Assembly: GCA_041576165.1 (NCBI GenBank)
Contig: JBFGLM010000023.1
Span: 1-64,000, forward strand
Reading direction: 5' to 3'
Length of the DNA: 64,000 nt
Source: Acidimicrobiia bacterium
GTDB taxonomy: Bacteria; Actinomycetota; Acidimicrobiia; Spongiisociales; Spongiisociaceae
Part shown: positions 19,404 through 28,946 of the stretch, in pieces
Layout of the letters: each line of letters begins with the position of its first letter
Position numbering within the stretch: the first letter of the stretch is position 1
The notes under the pieces: model-generated
The model's database searches: none
What the model saw: only the letters and a program-made list of their open reading frames with translations
What the model was told of the DNA's origin: nothing
Program-made: the position numbers and the translations under genes

Positions 19404-20054
19404 ATGACCACTGACGTCGTACCGGCGACCCACCGGCGGTTCGCCTCGCCGCTTTCGAAGTCGCAACGTCGAACCATTCTGTTGTGGGAAGTAGGCGCCT
19501 TTGTGTTCATCATGCTCGTCGGGTCGTTCTTTCACTTCATCTACGAACTATCTGGATTCCACCCCTTGGCGGCGGTGTTCGGATCGGTCAACGAGAGCTC
19601 GTGGGAGCACCTCAAACTCTTCTTCTATCCGGGGCTTCTTTTCTTCCTCGTGCAGCACGCATTCGTGAAGGAATTTGCCAACAACTACTGGTGGGGAAAG
19701 GCCATGGCGTTGCTGGTGACTCCAGTCGGCGTTCTGGTGTCGTTCTACTTCTACTTGGGCATCGTGCTTCCGATCTGGGGCGAGGGGACCCTGGCACTCG
19801 ACATCGCCACCGGCGCCTTTGGCGTGCTTTTGGGCAACATCGTGTCCTACCGCATCCTGACCGCGCCGCCCTACCGCCCGAACCGTGCGGTTGTAGGTTT
19901 GGGCATCATGCTGGCGATCACGGTGGCTTTCTTGACCCTGACCTATTACCCGCCCAAGTTCTTCATCTTCGAGGATTTCATCGGCTACGAGTACCAAGGC
20001 GAGTACGGCATCCTCGAGGACTATTCGGACCATCTCGTTTTCACGGAGAACTGA
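19404..20054 (+). CDS. Membrane protein, DUF6512-like
   Basis: GSFFHFIYE.SG and VNESSWEHLKL motifs; several TM segments; 1 bp after hupE. Confidence 0.7.
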   Translation: MTTDVVPATHRRFASPLSKSQRRTILLWEVGAFVFIMLVGSFFHFIYELSGFHPLAAVFGSVNESSWEHLKLFFYPGLLFFLVQHAFVKEFANNYWWGKAMALLVTPVGVLVSFYFYLGIVLPIWGEGTLALDIATGAFGVLLGNIVSYRILTAPPYRPNRAVVGLGIMLAITVAFLTLTYYPPKFFIFEDFIGYEYQGEYGILEDYSDHLVFTEN

Positions 20055-20082
20055 TGGAGCAAGCCTGGACGCAGTTCGAGGC

Positions 20083-22434
20083 TCAGCCGTCGGAGTCGAT
20101 CCGCACCGTACCCTCGTAGCCGTCCACCACGACTGTGGCACCGTCCGGAATCTGCAACGCCCCGCGCACGGACACCACACAGGGGATTCCGTATTCGCGA
20201 GCCACGATCGAACTGTGCGACAGCATGCCGCCGGCCTCCGCCACCACTGCGCCGGCCCGGGCGAAAAGCGGTGTCCAGCCAACATCACTGAAAGGAATGG
20301 CGACGACGTCGCCCGCCGCGACGCGATCGAAGTCGTCGATGGCATTCACGAGTCGCACGGTGCCTCGGTAACGGCCGCGGGCGGTGGGCACTCCGGTGAG
20401 GGTCCCGGTCGAGTCGAGCTGACGTCGAACAGGTATGAAATCATCACCGATGATGGTCTCCGGCATATCCAGCAGTTCGGCCGTCTCGATCTCCGCCTTC
20501 CGACTTTGGACCCGACCACGCTGATCGATCTCGGGGTTTGCAAACGCCACCCGCAGTTCGGGGTCGGTGAGGTACATGACGTCGTCGGCATCGTCCAGGC
20601 GGTCGGCCGCCACCAGCCGGCACCCCAGCTCCAAGAAGTACGGCCGGAACAAACCGTATCCGTGCGTGTACAGAGAGCTGACATGTTCCCGCAGCCCGAT
20701 CAGGCGGCGGGTGCGGCGGTGCAAACGTCGGGCCGGGAGCCTCCATATCGGCGGAACAGCTCGCTCGGCTTCGTCCCATGGCATTTGCTGTGAAGGGTTC
20801 TCGTGATGAATGGTGTCGACGATCATTCGAGCTATTGCGTCCGGCGTTTCACGCCAGGTCGGAACGGACATGTCGTTGCCGCTCATACTGAAGTGTCCGA
20901 ACCGCTCCAGGAACTCATCGACCTGCGCGCGGAGGAACGCCGGCGCCGCGGCGTAACCCCGAGCCTGCACGAGGTCGCGTTCGTGTTCCGCCAGTGAAGC
21001 GGCCGCGACGCCCAGCTCGGCAATAGCGGCTTGGGGGTTGACCTCTGTCATCTCGTTCATCGAAATGATCTCGATCTGTTCAGGGTCGAGACCAGCCTTT
21101 AGAAGCGTCCGCCGCAGCAGCCCGTTGGACATGTTCGCGAGCAAGGGGATCACGATGTTCAGCGAGGCCGCCCGCGTGGTGATCCGCTTGAGCTCATCGA
21201 TGTCATCGAACAGCTGCTCGGTCGTCGCCGAACCAAATTGCTTGTCAGAGAAGGATTCGTAGTCGGACCGCAGCCTGGCGAGTTCAGCGTCAGCTCGCCG
21301 CGCCAGACGCATCTTCCTCACCGCCAGCGCGGCCAGCCGCGGCGTCTTCTTCATCGTCGCCGTGGTTGGCTTGAACGAGGGCTGATCATCGCCTTCCGGC
21401 AACCCGAGCAACAGCTCGAGCGACTCGCGGGGCATGCCGAATGCGGCAAAGATGTCACCGAAGGCACCCATGTTGAAATAGGCGCGATATCCGAACGATC
21501 GTGCCAAGTCCTCTGGCTGCAGGTCGTTGGGGCCTATCGCCTCGGTGATGAGATCGATCCAAGCTCGGTTTACCACCGGGACATTGATCGACCAGACCAG
21601 GGGCTTGATGATTCCCGGCATGACCTCGCGGGCGATGCGGTTGCTGAAGATGGTGATGTCATCGATGCCGGTGATCGGCCGGAGCTGGACGAACCACACC
21701 TGCCGTCCGTCCCATACCCATTCCACATCCACGGACTGTCCGTAGGCGCCGGCAATCTGGCGCGTTTGATGCACAACCTCGCCGGCGATCGAGGATGGCA
21801 GGGACGGTGATGGCGGCTGTTCTGTGAAGCTGCCCCAGCGGTGCACCCACCGCTCGGGCGTGACGCCCTGTCCTACCAGCTGATCACCGCGTCCCGGCAC
21901 CGCTTCGATCACGACCTCGTCCAGGCCGGTGATTGGGTTGCGAGAAAAGGCGACGCCCGAGGTGACGGCAGGAACCATCTCCTGGACGACCACACCCATT
22001 TCGATTGTCGCCGGCTCATAGCCGGCATGTTCGAGATAGGTTGCCACCTCAGGGCGATGAGCAGAGGTTTGCACGGCCTGGATGGCCGTCGCGACGTCCT
22101 CGCGCCCGTCGACGTCGAGTTTGGTCGTGAACTGGCCGGCGAACGAGAAGTCGAGGCCATCTTCGACGGCCGCGGACGAACGCACGGCGTAGCGCTGGCG
22201 TGGTGCAAGGGCGTCGAGTTGGCTCGCTGTGATGTGTACACCTGGTGAGATCACCCAGGTTCGAGGAACCGCCGCTCCCTGATCCATCAGCCAGCGCAGA
22301 TTCGCTGCCTTGTTCCCAAACCGATCGACGTCGGCCGCAGCTTCCAAGGCAAACAGACTGCCGATATCCACACCCTCCCTGTGCTCAGTGTACGGAACCG
22401 CCCGCCCTGTGGACGTGCGTGACGCCTGGGTCAC
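20083..22434 (-). CDS. PEP-utiliser/dikinase with rifampin-phosphotransferase-type architecture
   Basis: N-terminal ATP-grasp (GNKAANL, VRSSA..EDG..SFAGQF, VVVQEMV, DVEW, QLRPIT), large central domain, C-terminal His swivel (DVGWTPLF...GGMLSHSSIVAREYGIP). Confidence 0.9.
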   Translation of the reverse strand: MTQASRTSTGRAVPYTEHREGVDIGSLFALEAAADVDRFGNKAANLRWLMDQGAAVPRTWVISPGVHITASQLDALAPRQRYAVRSSAAVEDGLDFSFAGQFTTKLDVDGREDVATAIQAVQTSAHRPEVATYLEHAGYEPATIEMGVVVQEMVPAVTSGVAFSRNPITGLDEVVIEAVPGRGDQLVGQGVTPERWVHRWGSFTEQPPSPSLPSSIAGEVVHQTRQIAGAYGQSVDVEWVWDGRQVWFVQLRPITGIDDITIFSNRIAREVMPGIIKPLVWSINVPVVNRAWIDLITEAIGPNDLQPEDLARSFGYRAYFNMGAFGDIFAAFGMPRESLELLLGLPEGDDQPSFKPTTATMKKTPRLAALAVRKMRLARRADAELARLRSDYESFSDKQFGSATTEQLFDDIDELKRITTRAASLNIVIPLLANMSNGLLRRTLLKAGLDPEQIEIISMNEMTEVNPQAAIAELGVAAASLAEHERDLVQARGYAAAPAFLRAQVDEFLERFGHFSMSGNDMSVPTWRETPDAIARMIVDTIHHENPSQQMPWDEAERAVPPIWRLPARRLHRRTRRLIGLREHVSSLYTHGYGLFRPYFLELGCRLVAADRLDDADDVMYLTDPELRVAFANPEIDQRGRVQSRKAEIETAELLDMPETIIGDDFIPVRRQLDSTGTLTGVPTARGRYRGTVRLVNAIDDFDRVAAGDVVAIPFSDVGWTPLFARAGAVVAEAGGMLSHSSIVAREYGIPCVVSVRGALQIPDGATVVVDGYEGTVRIDSDG

Positions 22435-22516
22435 GGCAGCTCCCGGGCGATTGCCGGCTCCTCAGAGGGCAGACAGGCATCGCCGCAAGCCTCCCGGGCG
22501 CCTCGCGGTGACGCCG

Positions 22517-22879
22517 CTATTCGCGACTGATGTTGTATGCCACGATCCACGCCACAACGGCGAAGCCCGCGACCAGGAGAAGCTGCAGTCCGGACGCGCC
22601 GTAGTCGAGGCACGTGGGGTTGCCCGCCTCCCGGCACTGACGCACCAACCGTTCAGATCCAGCCGATGTTGCAGCACAGAGGAGGGCCACCAGCCCTCCG
22701 GCTATCAGGAAACGGCGGGCCGTCCGGGCCCTTTCCCTACGGAGCGCCACTATCAGGAGCGGAAGACTCGTGATCAGCACGAGTCCGCTGAACATCAGGA
22801 ATGCCACGGCGAACGTCGCCACGGCCACCTCCTGGGGCGGATCACCCAATATAGGCGTCTCCGCCGTCGACCGCGCCAC
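22517..22879 (-). CDS. Small 3-TM membrane protein
   Basis: Three hydrophobic stretches with a CxxxGxxxC loop. Confidence 0.55.
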   Translation of the reverse strand: MARSTAETPILGDPPQEVAVATFAVAFLMFSGLVLITSLPLLIVALRRERARTARRFLIAGGLVALLCAATSAGSERLVRQCREAGNPTCLDYGASGLQLLLVAGFAVVAWIVAYNISRE

Positions 22880-23111
22880 GCCTGGGGCGACTGTCCGTAG
22901 ACCGCCGTAGTCCGTACCAACGGCCCGTCTTCGGCTCCACTGAGGGCTCCGGCCAGGCTGCTGCTGCCGGCCGGTGGTCCGATCGTCGGACTCTCATTGG
23001 GGCCGGTCGATATCCGGGCCAGGCCCGATTTGAGCAACCACGATCCGGCGAGAGTTGCACGACGCCGAGCACCGGCTACCCGGATTACTCCTGACCGGTC
23101 CGACGGCGGCT

Positions 23112-24833
23112 TCAGACGGCCCGGAGGATCGGGTACTCCAGGTCCCAGATCATCTCGTCGACTGCCGCCTCCATCGATTCGGGTTCGAGGCCGGGAGCCA
23201 CACCCGAGGTGATCGCTTCCTGGGCAACGGCTACAGCGATGCGACGCGTAGTCGACCGCAGGTCTGTGAGTGGCGGGTAGAGGTAGCCCGAAGACAGGAG
23301 CCTCGGCTCCACCTGAGCCGCAAGTTCGGCGGCGGCTGTCGCAAACATGCCGTCTGTTACTGCTCGGGCGCCGGTAGCGATGGCTCCCAACCCGACGCCC
23401 GGGAAGATGTAAACGTTGTTGCATTGGTTGACCGCGACCTGGCGGCCCTGGAAGGTGACCGGGTCAAATGGGCTACCGATGGCCACAACGGCTCGACCGT
23501 TGGTGGATGCGATGATATCCCGGGGGGTTGCCTCACATTTGCTCGTAGGGTTGGAGAGCGCCATCACCAGTGGTCGGGAGGCATGGTGAGCCAGTTTGCG
23601 AAGTACGGCATCTGTGAATAGTCCGTGCTGTCCGGTGGTGCCGATAAGCACAGTGGGGCGCAATGCACTGACCGCTCCGACGAGGTCAGTCGCCTGATCA
23701 AGTCCCCACTGCTTCGCCTGTGCCGAAGAGCTCGCGGCGGGCCGTTTGTACGACTCGAGGTGTGACCGGTCGTCGGTGACCAAGCCGTGAGTATCGAACA
23801 TGACGACGGAATCGTGTATGTCATCGGCTGAGCTGCCGGCCGCAGCCAGTTTGTGGCGGAGCAGCCGGCCGATGCCGACCCCGGCGGCTCCGGCACCGAC
23901 AAGCATGAACCGATGATCGGTAAATTTGGTGTTTGTGGCCCGGCAGTACGAGGCAATTCCTGCCACGACCACAGCTGCGGTGCCCTGAATGTCGTCGTTG
24001 AATGACGGCAACGAGTCGCGATGTTTGTCCAGGAGACGAAAGGCATTGCCTTTCTTGAAGTCTTCCCATTGCAGGACTGCGTCAGGCCAGCGGCGCCGCA
24101 AGGCATCGACGAACTCGGCGACCAGTGATTGATATGGCTCGCCCCGGAGGCGGGGGTGGCGCCATCCCACATACAGGTCATCGGCGAGTAGTTCCTCGTT
24201 GTCGGTTCCGACGTCGAGACTGATCGGAAGCGTGAAGGCCGGGTGTATCCCTGCGGCCAGCGTGTAGAGAGCCAACTTCCCGATTGGGATGACCATCCCG
24301 CCGGCTCCCTGATCTCCCAAGCCCAGGATCCGCTCGTTGTCGGTGGCGACTACTAGACGCACCTTCCTACCGCGGACGTGTCCGAGGACGTCGTAGATGC
24401 GTCCGCGATGATCGGGAGTTATCCACAAACCGCGGCCACGCCGGAAAACATGACTGAACCGGACGGCAGCCAATCCGACTGTTGGTGTGTACACGACCGG
24501 CACCAGCTCTACCAGGTGCTCGAGCAATACCTGATAGAACAACGTTTCGTTGCGGTCCAGGAGCGACATCATCCCGATGTACTTCTCGAGCGGATTGTCA
24601 CCCTTGGCCGTGATGTGTTCGTAGGCGCGACGCACCTGCAGGTGACGGGGGTTGACGACATTGGGCAATAACCCCTCTAGTTCGAACACGTTGCGTTCGG
24701 AGGCGGAAAAGGCCGTTCCCTTGTTCAGCAATGAGTCCTGGAGCAACGCAGATCCCCGTTTCCAAACGCCGTCCAACGCCCAGGTGCCATCCGGCATGCG
24801 TTCGAGCGCATACTCCATTGCTACTCCGTCCAT
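23112..24833 (-). CDS. maeA: NAD-dependent malic enzyme
   Basis: NKGTAF, RNETLFY, YTPTVG, ILGLGDQG, QWEDF, FNDDIQGTA, GAGAAG, LSNPTS and QCNNVYIFPG motifs. Confidence 0.93.
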   Translation of the reverse strand: MDGVAMEYALERMPDGTWALDGVWKRGSALLQDSLLNKGTAFSASERNVFELEGLLPNVVNPRHLQVRRAYEHITAKGDNPLEKYIGMMSLLDRNETLFYQVLLEHLVELVPVVYTPTVGLAAVRFSHVFRRGRGLWITPDHRGRIYDVLGHVRGRKVRLVVATDNERILGLGDQGAGGMVIPIGKLALYTLAAGIHPAFTLPISLDVGTDNEELLADDLYVGWRHPRLRGEPYQSLVAEFVDALRRRWPDAVLQWEDFKKGNAFRLLDKHRDSLPSFNDDIQGTAAVVVAGIASYCRATNTKFTDHRFMLVGAGAAGVGIGRLLRHKLAAAGSSADDIHDSVVMFDTHGLVTDDRSHLESYKRPAASSSAQAKQWGLDQATDLVGAVSALRPTVLIGTTGQHGLFTDAVLRKLAHHASRPLVMALSNPTSKCEATPRDIIASTNGRAVVAIGSPFDPVTFQGRQVAVNQCNNVYIFPGVGLGAIATGARAVTDGMFATAAAELAAQVEPRLLSSGYLYPPLTDLRSTTRRIAVAVAQEAITSGVAPGLEPESMEAAVDEMIWDLEYPILRAV

Positions 24834-25067
24834 ATCTGCACTTTGATCAAGCTCCGATCAGGCCTCCACCGGGTAGAGGCGAAAGATGGGATTAGGAGGT
24901 TCGTCCGCACCCAGCCATCCTGCTTCACGCTGGCTGTCTTTCGACATCAAATGGCCACCTGGCCTGCCGGAGCTTCCGGGGGCGTCAGACGACGCCTTCC
25001 CATGCGAGGCTGATGGGGACATGGGAAACCGACACCGAGTGTCCGCGCCAGCTGAGTTGCATTCGAG

Positions 25068-27539
25068 ATGACCCGGCCACGTAGCGCCCTCGATCCGGTT
25101 CTCCCTACCCGTGCCCGGGTCGTCATCGTCGGCGGAGGGGTGATCGGATGCAGCGTCGCATATCACCTCGCTCACCTTGGTTGGACCGATGTGCTGCTCG
25201 TGGAACGCGACCGGCTGACATCCGGGACAACGTGGCATGCCGCCGGGCTGGTGGTGACATTCGGCTCGCTATCGGAAACCTCCACCCAGATGCGCCGCTA
25301 CACCCGCGACCTCTACAGCAGACTCGAGGTCGAGACGGGTCTGTCTACCGGTTTCAAGCCCGTGGGCTTTGTCGAACTGGCGACTGAGCCGGATCGGCTC
25401 GAGGAGTACCGCCGGGTGGCCGCCTTCAACCGTCACTGTGGGGTAGACGTATACGAGATTTCGGCAACCGAAGTGGCCGATTTGTTTCCGCTGGTACGCA
25501 GCGCCGATGTGCTCGCCGGCTTCTATGTTCCCGGCGACGGCCGGGCCAATCCTGCCGATGTCACTATGTCGCTGGCGGCCGGGGCGAGACGGTTGGGCGT
25601 TCGCATCGTGGAAGGCGTCGCAGTCACCGACTTCCTCGGAAACGGAGGCGCCGTCAGCGGCGTCCGTACGGCGTACGGGGACGTCGAGGCTGAGTACGTC
25701 GTGAACTGCGCCGGCATGTGGGCCCGACAGCTCGGCGAGCGGGCCGGCGTCACGATTCCGCTGCAAGCGGCCGAGCACTATTACCTGCTCACCGAGCAAA
25801 TCCCCGGGGTGGATTCTTCGTGGCCGGTCATCGAGGACCCGGCCTCCTACGGGTACTACCGAGAGGAAGTGGGCGGACTGCTCATCGGGCTGTTCGAACC
25901 CGTCTGTGCCCCGTGGCAGGTCGACGGCATCCCCGACGACGTCAGTTTCGTCGAATTGCCCCCCGACTGGGATCGGATGGCCCCGTACCTGGAAAAGGCC
26001 ATGCAGCGGGTTCCCGTGTCGCTCGAGACCGGGGTGCGTAAGTTCTTCTGTGGTCCGGAGAGTTTCACGCCCGACCTGCAGCCGGTGGTCGGCGAGGCCC
26101 CCGAGCTGCGGAACTACTTCGTTGCCGCCGGTCTCAACTCGATCGGCATCATCACCGGCGGCGGTATCGGCCGGCTGGTGGCGCGCTGGATTGTGGAAGG
26201 GCGCCCCGACATGGATGTCACCGGATTCAACATCGACCGTCTCGAGCCGTACCAGGCAGCACCCGAGTATCGCCGGGCCCGGACCGTGGAGGCGCTGGGG
26301 ATGGTGTACCAGTGCCATTACCCCACCCGGTCGATGCAAACAGCTCGCGGCATGCGGCTGTCGCCCGTCCATCAGCGGCTGGTCGAGCGGAGCGCGTATT
26401 TCCGGGACGTGAGCGGCTGGGAGGCCGCCGACTGGTACGCCCCGCCCGGCGAAAAGCCCCGGGTGGAGCGTCTGTCCTGGGGGAGGGAGAACTGGTTCCC
26501 ATGGTGGCAAGCCGAGCATGAGGCAGCCCGCAACGGGGTGATCTTGATGGACATGTCGTTCATGGCGAAGTTCCGAGTCGAGGGTCCCGACGCCGGACAT
26601 CTACTCGAGCGGGTTTCCGCCAACCGAGTTGATGGCGAGCCGGAGCGAATCACCTATACACAGTGGCTGAACGAGGCCGGAACCATCGAGGCCGACCTGA
26701 CGGTCAGCAAGCTGGCCGCCGACCGGTTCTGGGTGGTCGCCACCGACACGGCCCGCCGCCACGTGGAAGCCTGGTTGCGCCGCCACCGGGAAGACATGCA
26801 TGTGGTAGTCACCGACGCCACTTCCGGCTACGCCCAGCTCAATGTGCAAGGGCCTCGATCACGCGAAGTGGTGCAAGCGGTGACCAACGCCGACCTCTCC
26901 GATGCCGTCTTCCCGTTCCGGACCGCGCGAGAAGTCGAAGTCGGCTCCGCCCAGGTGCTCTGCACCCGGATCACCTATGTAGGCGAGTTGGGATACGAGC
27001 TGTACGTTCCGGTGGAGCACTCGATAGACGTGTACGACCGCCTGGTGACGGCGGGGGAGAGCGTGGGTTTGCGCCACGCCGGCCTCAAGGCGCTGGCCAG
27101 CCTCCGGATGGAAAAGGGCTACCGCGACTACGGGCACGACATTGACAACACCGACAACCTGCACGAGGTGGGCCTCGACCGATTCGCTGATATCGACAAG
27201 CCCGGGGGCTTCATTGGTGGTGATGCGGTCGCTGCCCCAGCCCCGGGTCCACCCCACCGCCGCCTCGTGCAAGTCTTGCTCTCCGATCCCAACCCGCTGA
27301 TGTTCCACGCTGAGGTCGTTCACCGCGATGGGGCGGCCGTGGGATATATCCGCGCAGCGTCCTATGGATTCACTCTGGGCGGGGCGGTGGGCCTGGCAAT
27401 GGTCGAGGCCACTGAGCCGATCACTCAGGACTGGCTCGACGCCGGCCAATGGGAGGTGGATGTCGCCGGTGAGCGCTTCCCGGCGGTGGCATGCCTCCGA
27501 CCCCTCTATGACCCCACCATGGACCGGGTGCGCGGCTGA
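25068..27539 (+). CDS. FAD-dependent oxidoreductase with GcvT C-terminal domain (dimethylglycine/sarcosine dehydrogenase family)
   Basis: GGGVIG, TSGTTWHAAG, GPESFTPD, RITYVGELGYEL, LRMEKGY and PLYDP motifs. Confidence 0.92.
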   Translation: MTRPRSALDPVLPTRARVVIVGGGVIGCSVAYHLAHLGWTDVLLVERDRLTSGTTWHAAGLVVTFGSLSETSTQMRRYTRDLYSRLEVETGLSTGFKPVGFVELATEPDRLEEYRRVAAFNRHCGVDVYEISATEVADLFPLVRSADVLAGFYVPGDGRANPADVTMSLAAGARRLGVRIVEGVAVTDFLGNGGAVSGVRTAYGDVEAEYVVNCAGMWARQLGERAGVTIPLQAAEHYYLLTEQIPGVDSSWPVIEDPASYGYYREEVGGLLIGLFEPVCAPWQVDGIPDDVSFVELPPDWDRMAPYLEKAMQRVPVSLETGVRKFFCGPESFTPDLQPVVGEAPELRNYFVAAGLNSIGIITGGGIGRLVARWIVEGRPDMDVTGFNIDRLEPYQAAPEYRRARTVEALGMVYQCHYPTRSMQTARGMRLSPVHQRLVERSAYFRDVSGWEAADWYAPPGEKPRVERLSWGRENWFPWWQAEHEAARNGVILMDMSFMAKFRVEGPDAGHLLERVSANRVDGEPERITYTQWLNEAGTIEADLTVSKLAADRFWVVATDTARRHVEAWLRRHREDMHVVVTDATSGYAQLNVQGPRSREVVQAVTNADLSDAVFPFRTAREVEVGSAQVLCTRITYVGELGYELYVPVEHSIDVYDRLVTAGESVGLRHAGLKALASLRMEKGYRDYGHDIDNTDNLHEVGLDRFADIDKPGGFIGGDAVAAPAPGPPHRRLVQVLLSDPNPLMFHAEVVHRDGAAVGYIRAASYGFTLGGAVGLAMVEATEPITQDWLDAGQWEVDVAGERFPAVACLRPLYDPTMDRVRG

Positions 27540-27791
27540 CACGTCACCCGAGGCTGGCACCAACCGGCTGGTCCCGGTGCCACGCCTGCGGGAGGAAGCT
27601 GGAACGGTTCGGCACGCGGGTGGCCACGAAAGAGCGCAACCTTGTCGTCGACGCTCTGAAGGCTTGCTTCGAGGAGTGAAAGCAGGGACCCGAAGCTCGG
27701 GCGGGACCGCCTCCGGGACTGTCGTCGTTACCGCTCGGCTGAAATCGGCGGTGGTGTCTCACGACACGATGAGCCGTCGCCTAGGTCGGGC

Positions 27792-28784
27792 TCAGGCGCC
27801 CCTGGCCGCCAGCCAGTAGCCGCCAATGCGAGCGACGAATGCGTCAGGTTTCTCGACATACAGTGCCCGCCCCAGGTTCCTCGCATGCCACTGACGCTCG
27901 AGCCGCGCGCGGCGGATCAGTGACAACAGCAACGTCCGTTCCCGCTGGTTCGCAGTTGCGATCTGGTCGTGTTGCACGATGTTCTCCAGCAGCGCCAGGT
28001 CATGCTCCAGGCCCAGGACCTCGCCTAGCTCGTCGAGCCGGGCCGCCTGGGCTTTGAGCAGCGCCGGCCACAACGGCTGGAGGGCGTCCACCTGGTAGTG
28101 GAGATACTTGACCCGTTTGCGCCACTCGTGGAACGCGTCGGGCGAGCCGGCTAGATACGCAATGCGCATCCCTCGACGTCCCCGCCGGTACACGCGAAGG
28201 AGCCCGCGAGAGACGGCTGAGAACTCATCGACCAGGCCGGCCGCACCGAGTACCGACGTGGGCGGGTTCGTTGTGCGCGCGTCCCAGGCGGCAAAACGAG
28301 CGCGGGCCGTCTTGATCGTGACCGTCACGTCCATGATCAGCGCCCGGTCCGCCAGGACAGCCCGACGGGCTTGGTCATGGGTCATGACCAGGTGGTTCCG
28401 GGTTCTCGTGAAGGCGTCCGGGGACAGCAGAGCCCGGTACTCGCCGCGAAGCTGGTCGAGTGTGCGAACCAGGACGAAGCCGTCGCGGACCGGAGCGAGC
28501 TTCCGTCCGGTGTCACGAAGTACGACGTTCTCGGAGCGGTAGGCGGCGTAGCCAACCTCGTCCCGGACCAGCCGGATCAGACCGCGCAGTCGCTTCAGCG
28601 TCTTGCGTACGGTGTGCACGGACGTGTCGGGGTCCTGCTCGACCGTCCGCAGCGCTTGCTCGATGCGCGCGAATTGGCCGAGGACGGCTGCTTGAAATGA
28701 ATCGGGGAAGGGTTGCAGCAGTTCGATGTGCGCCTGCACGGCTTCGTGACCGGTACTCATCGCTGAAGCATCGACCACGTCCAT
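27792..28784 (-). CDS. CHAD domain (polyphosphate-binding) protein
   Basis: VH..RK..KRLR...RLVR, VRD, FHEWRKRVKYL.Y and LGLEHDL motifs. Confidence 0.9.
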   Translation of the reverse strand: MDVVDASAMSTGHEAVQAHIELLQPFPDSFQAAVLGQFARIEQALRTVEQDPDTSVHTVRKTLKRLRGLIRLVRDEVGYAAYRSENVVLRDTGRKLAPVRDGFVLVRTLDQLRGEYRALLSPDAFTRTRNHLVMTHDQARRAVLADRALIMDVTVTIKTARARFAAWDARTTNPPTSVLGAAGLVDEFSAVSRGLLRVYRRGRRGMRIAYLAGSPDAFHEWRKRVKYLHYQVDALQPLWPALLKAQAARLDELGEVLGLEHDLALLENIVQHDQIATANQRERTLLLSLIRRARLERQWHARNLGRALYVEKPDAFVARIGGYWLAARGA

Positions 28785-28946
28785 CAACTGAATGTATCAG
28801 GACCGCGACGCTGTCCCGCCGGTATCTCGCGCAGTCCGCGATCGCGCCCTGCCGGGCTGAGGCGTGCCGGGCCGTCATGTGTATTTCGGCACTATTGCCG
28901 GGGCGCCCGGAGGTGGACAATCCGCGCGAGTTGCAGGAGAGTTGCT

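Noticed and set aside
20083-22434. Calling this ppsA/ppdK or rifampin resistance rph
   Set aside because: It lacks the C-terminal pyruvate-binding barrel of PpsA/PPDK. The architecture matches RPH, but the substrate cannot be read from sequence and I did not recognise a rifamycin-associated element upstream.
24834-25067. Glycine riboswitch upstream of the GcvT-family gene
   Set aside because: The GGAGA...CCGAAG...CTCTCAGG core is absent.
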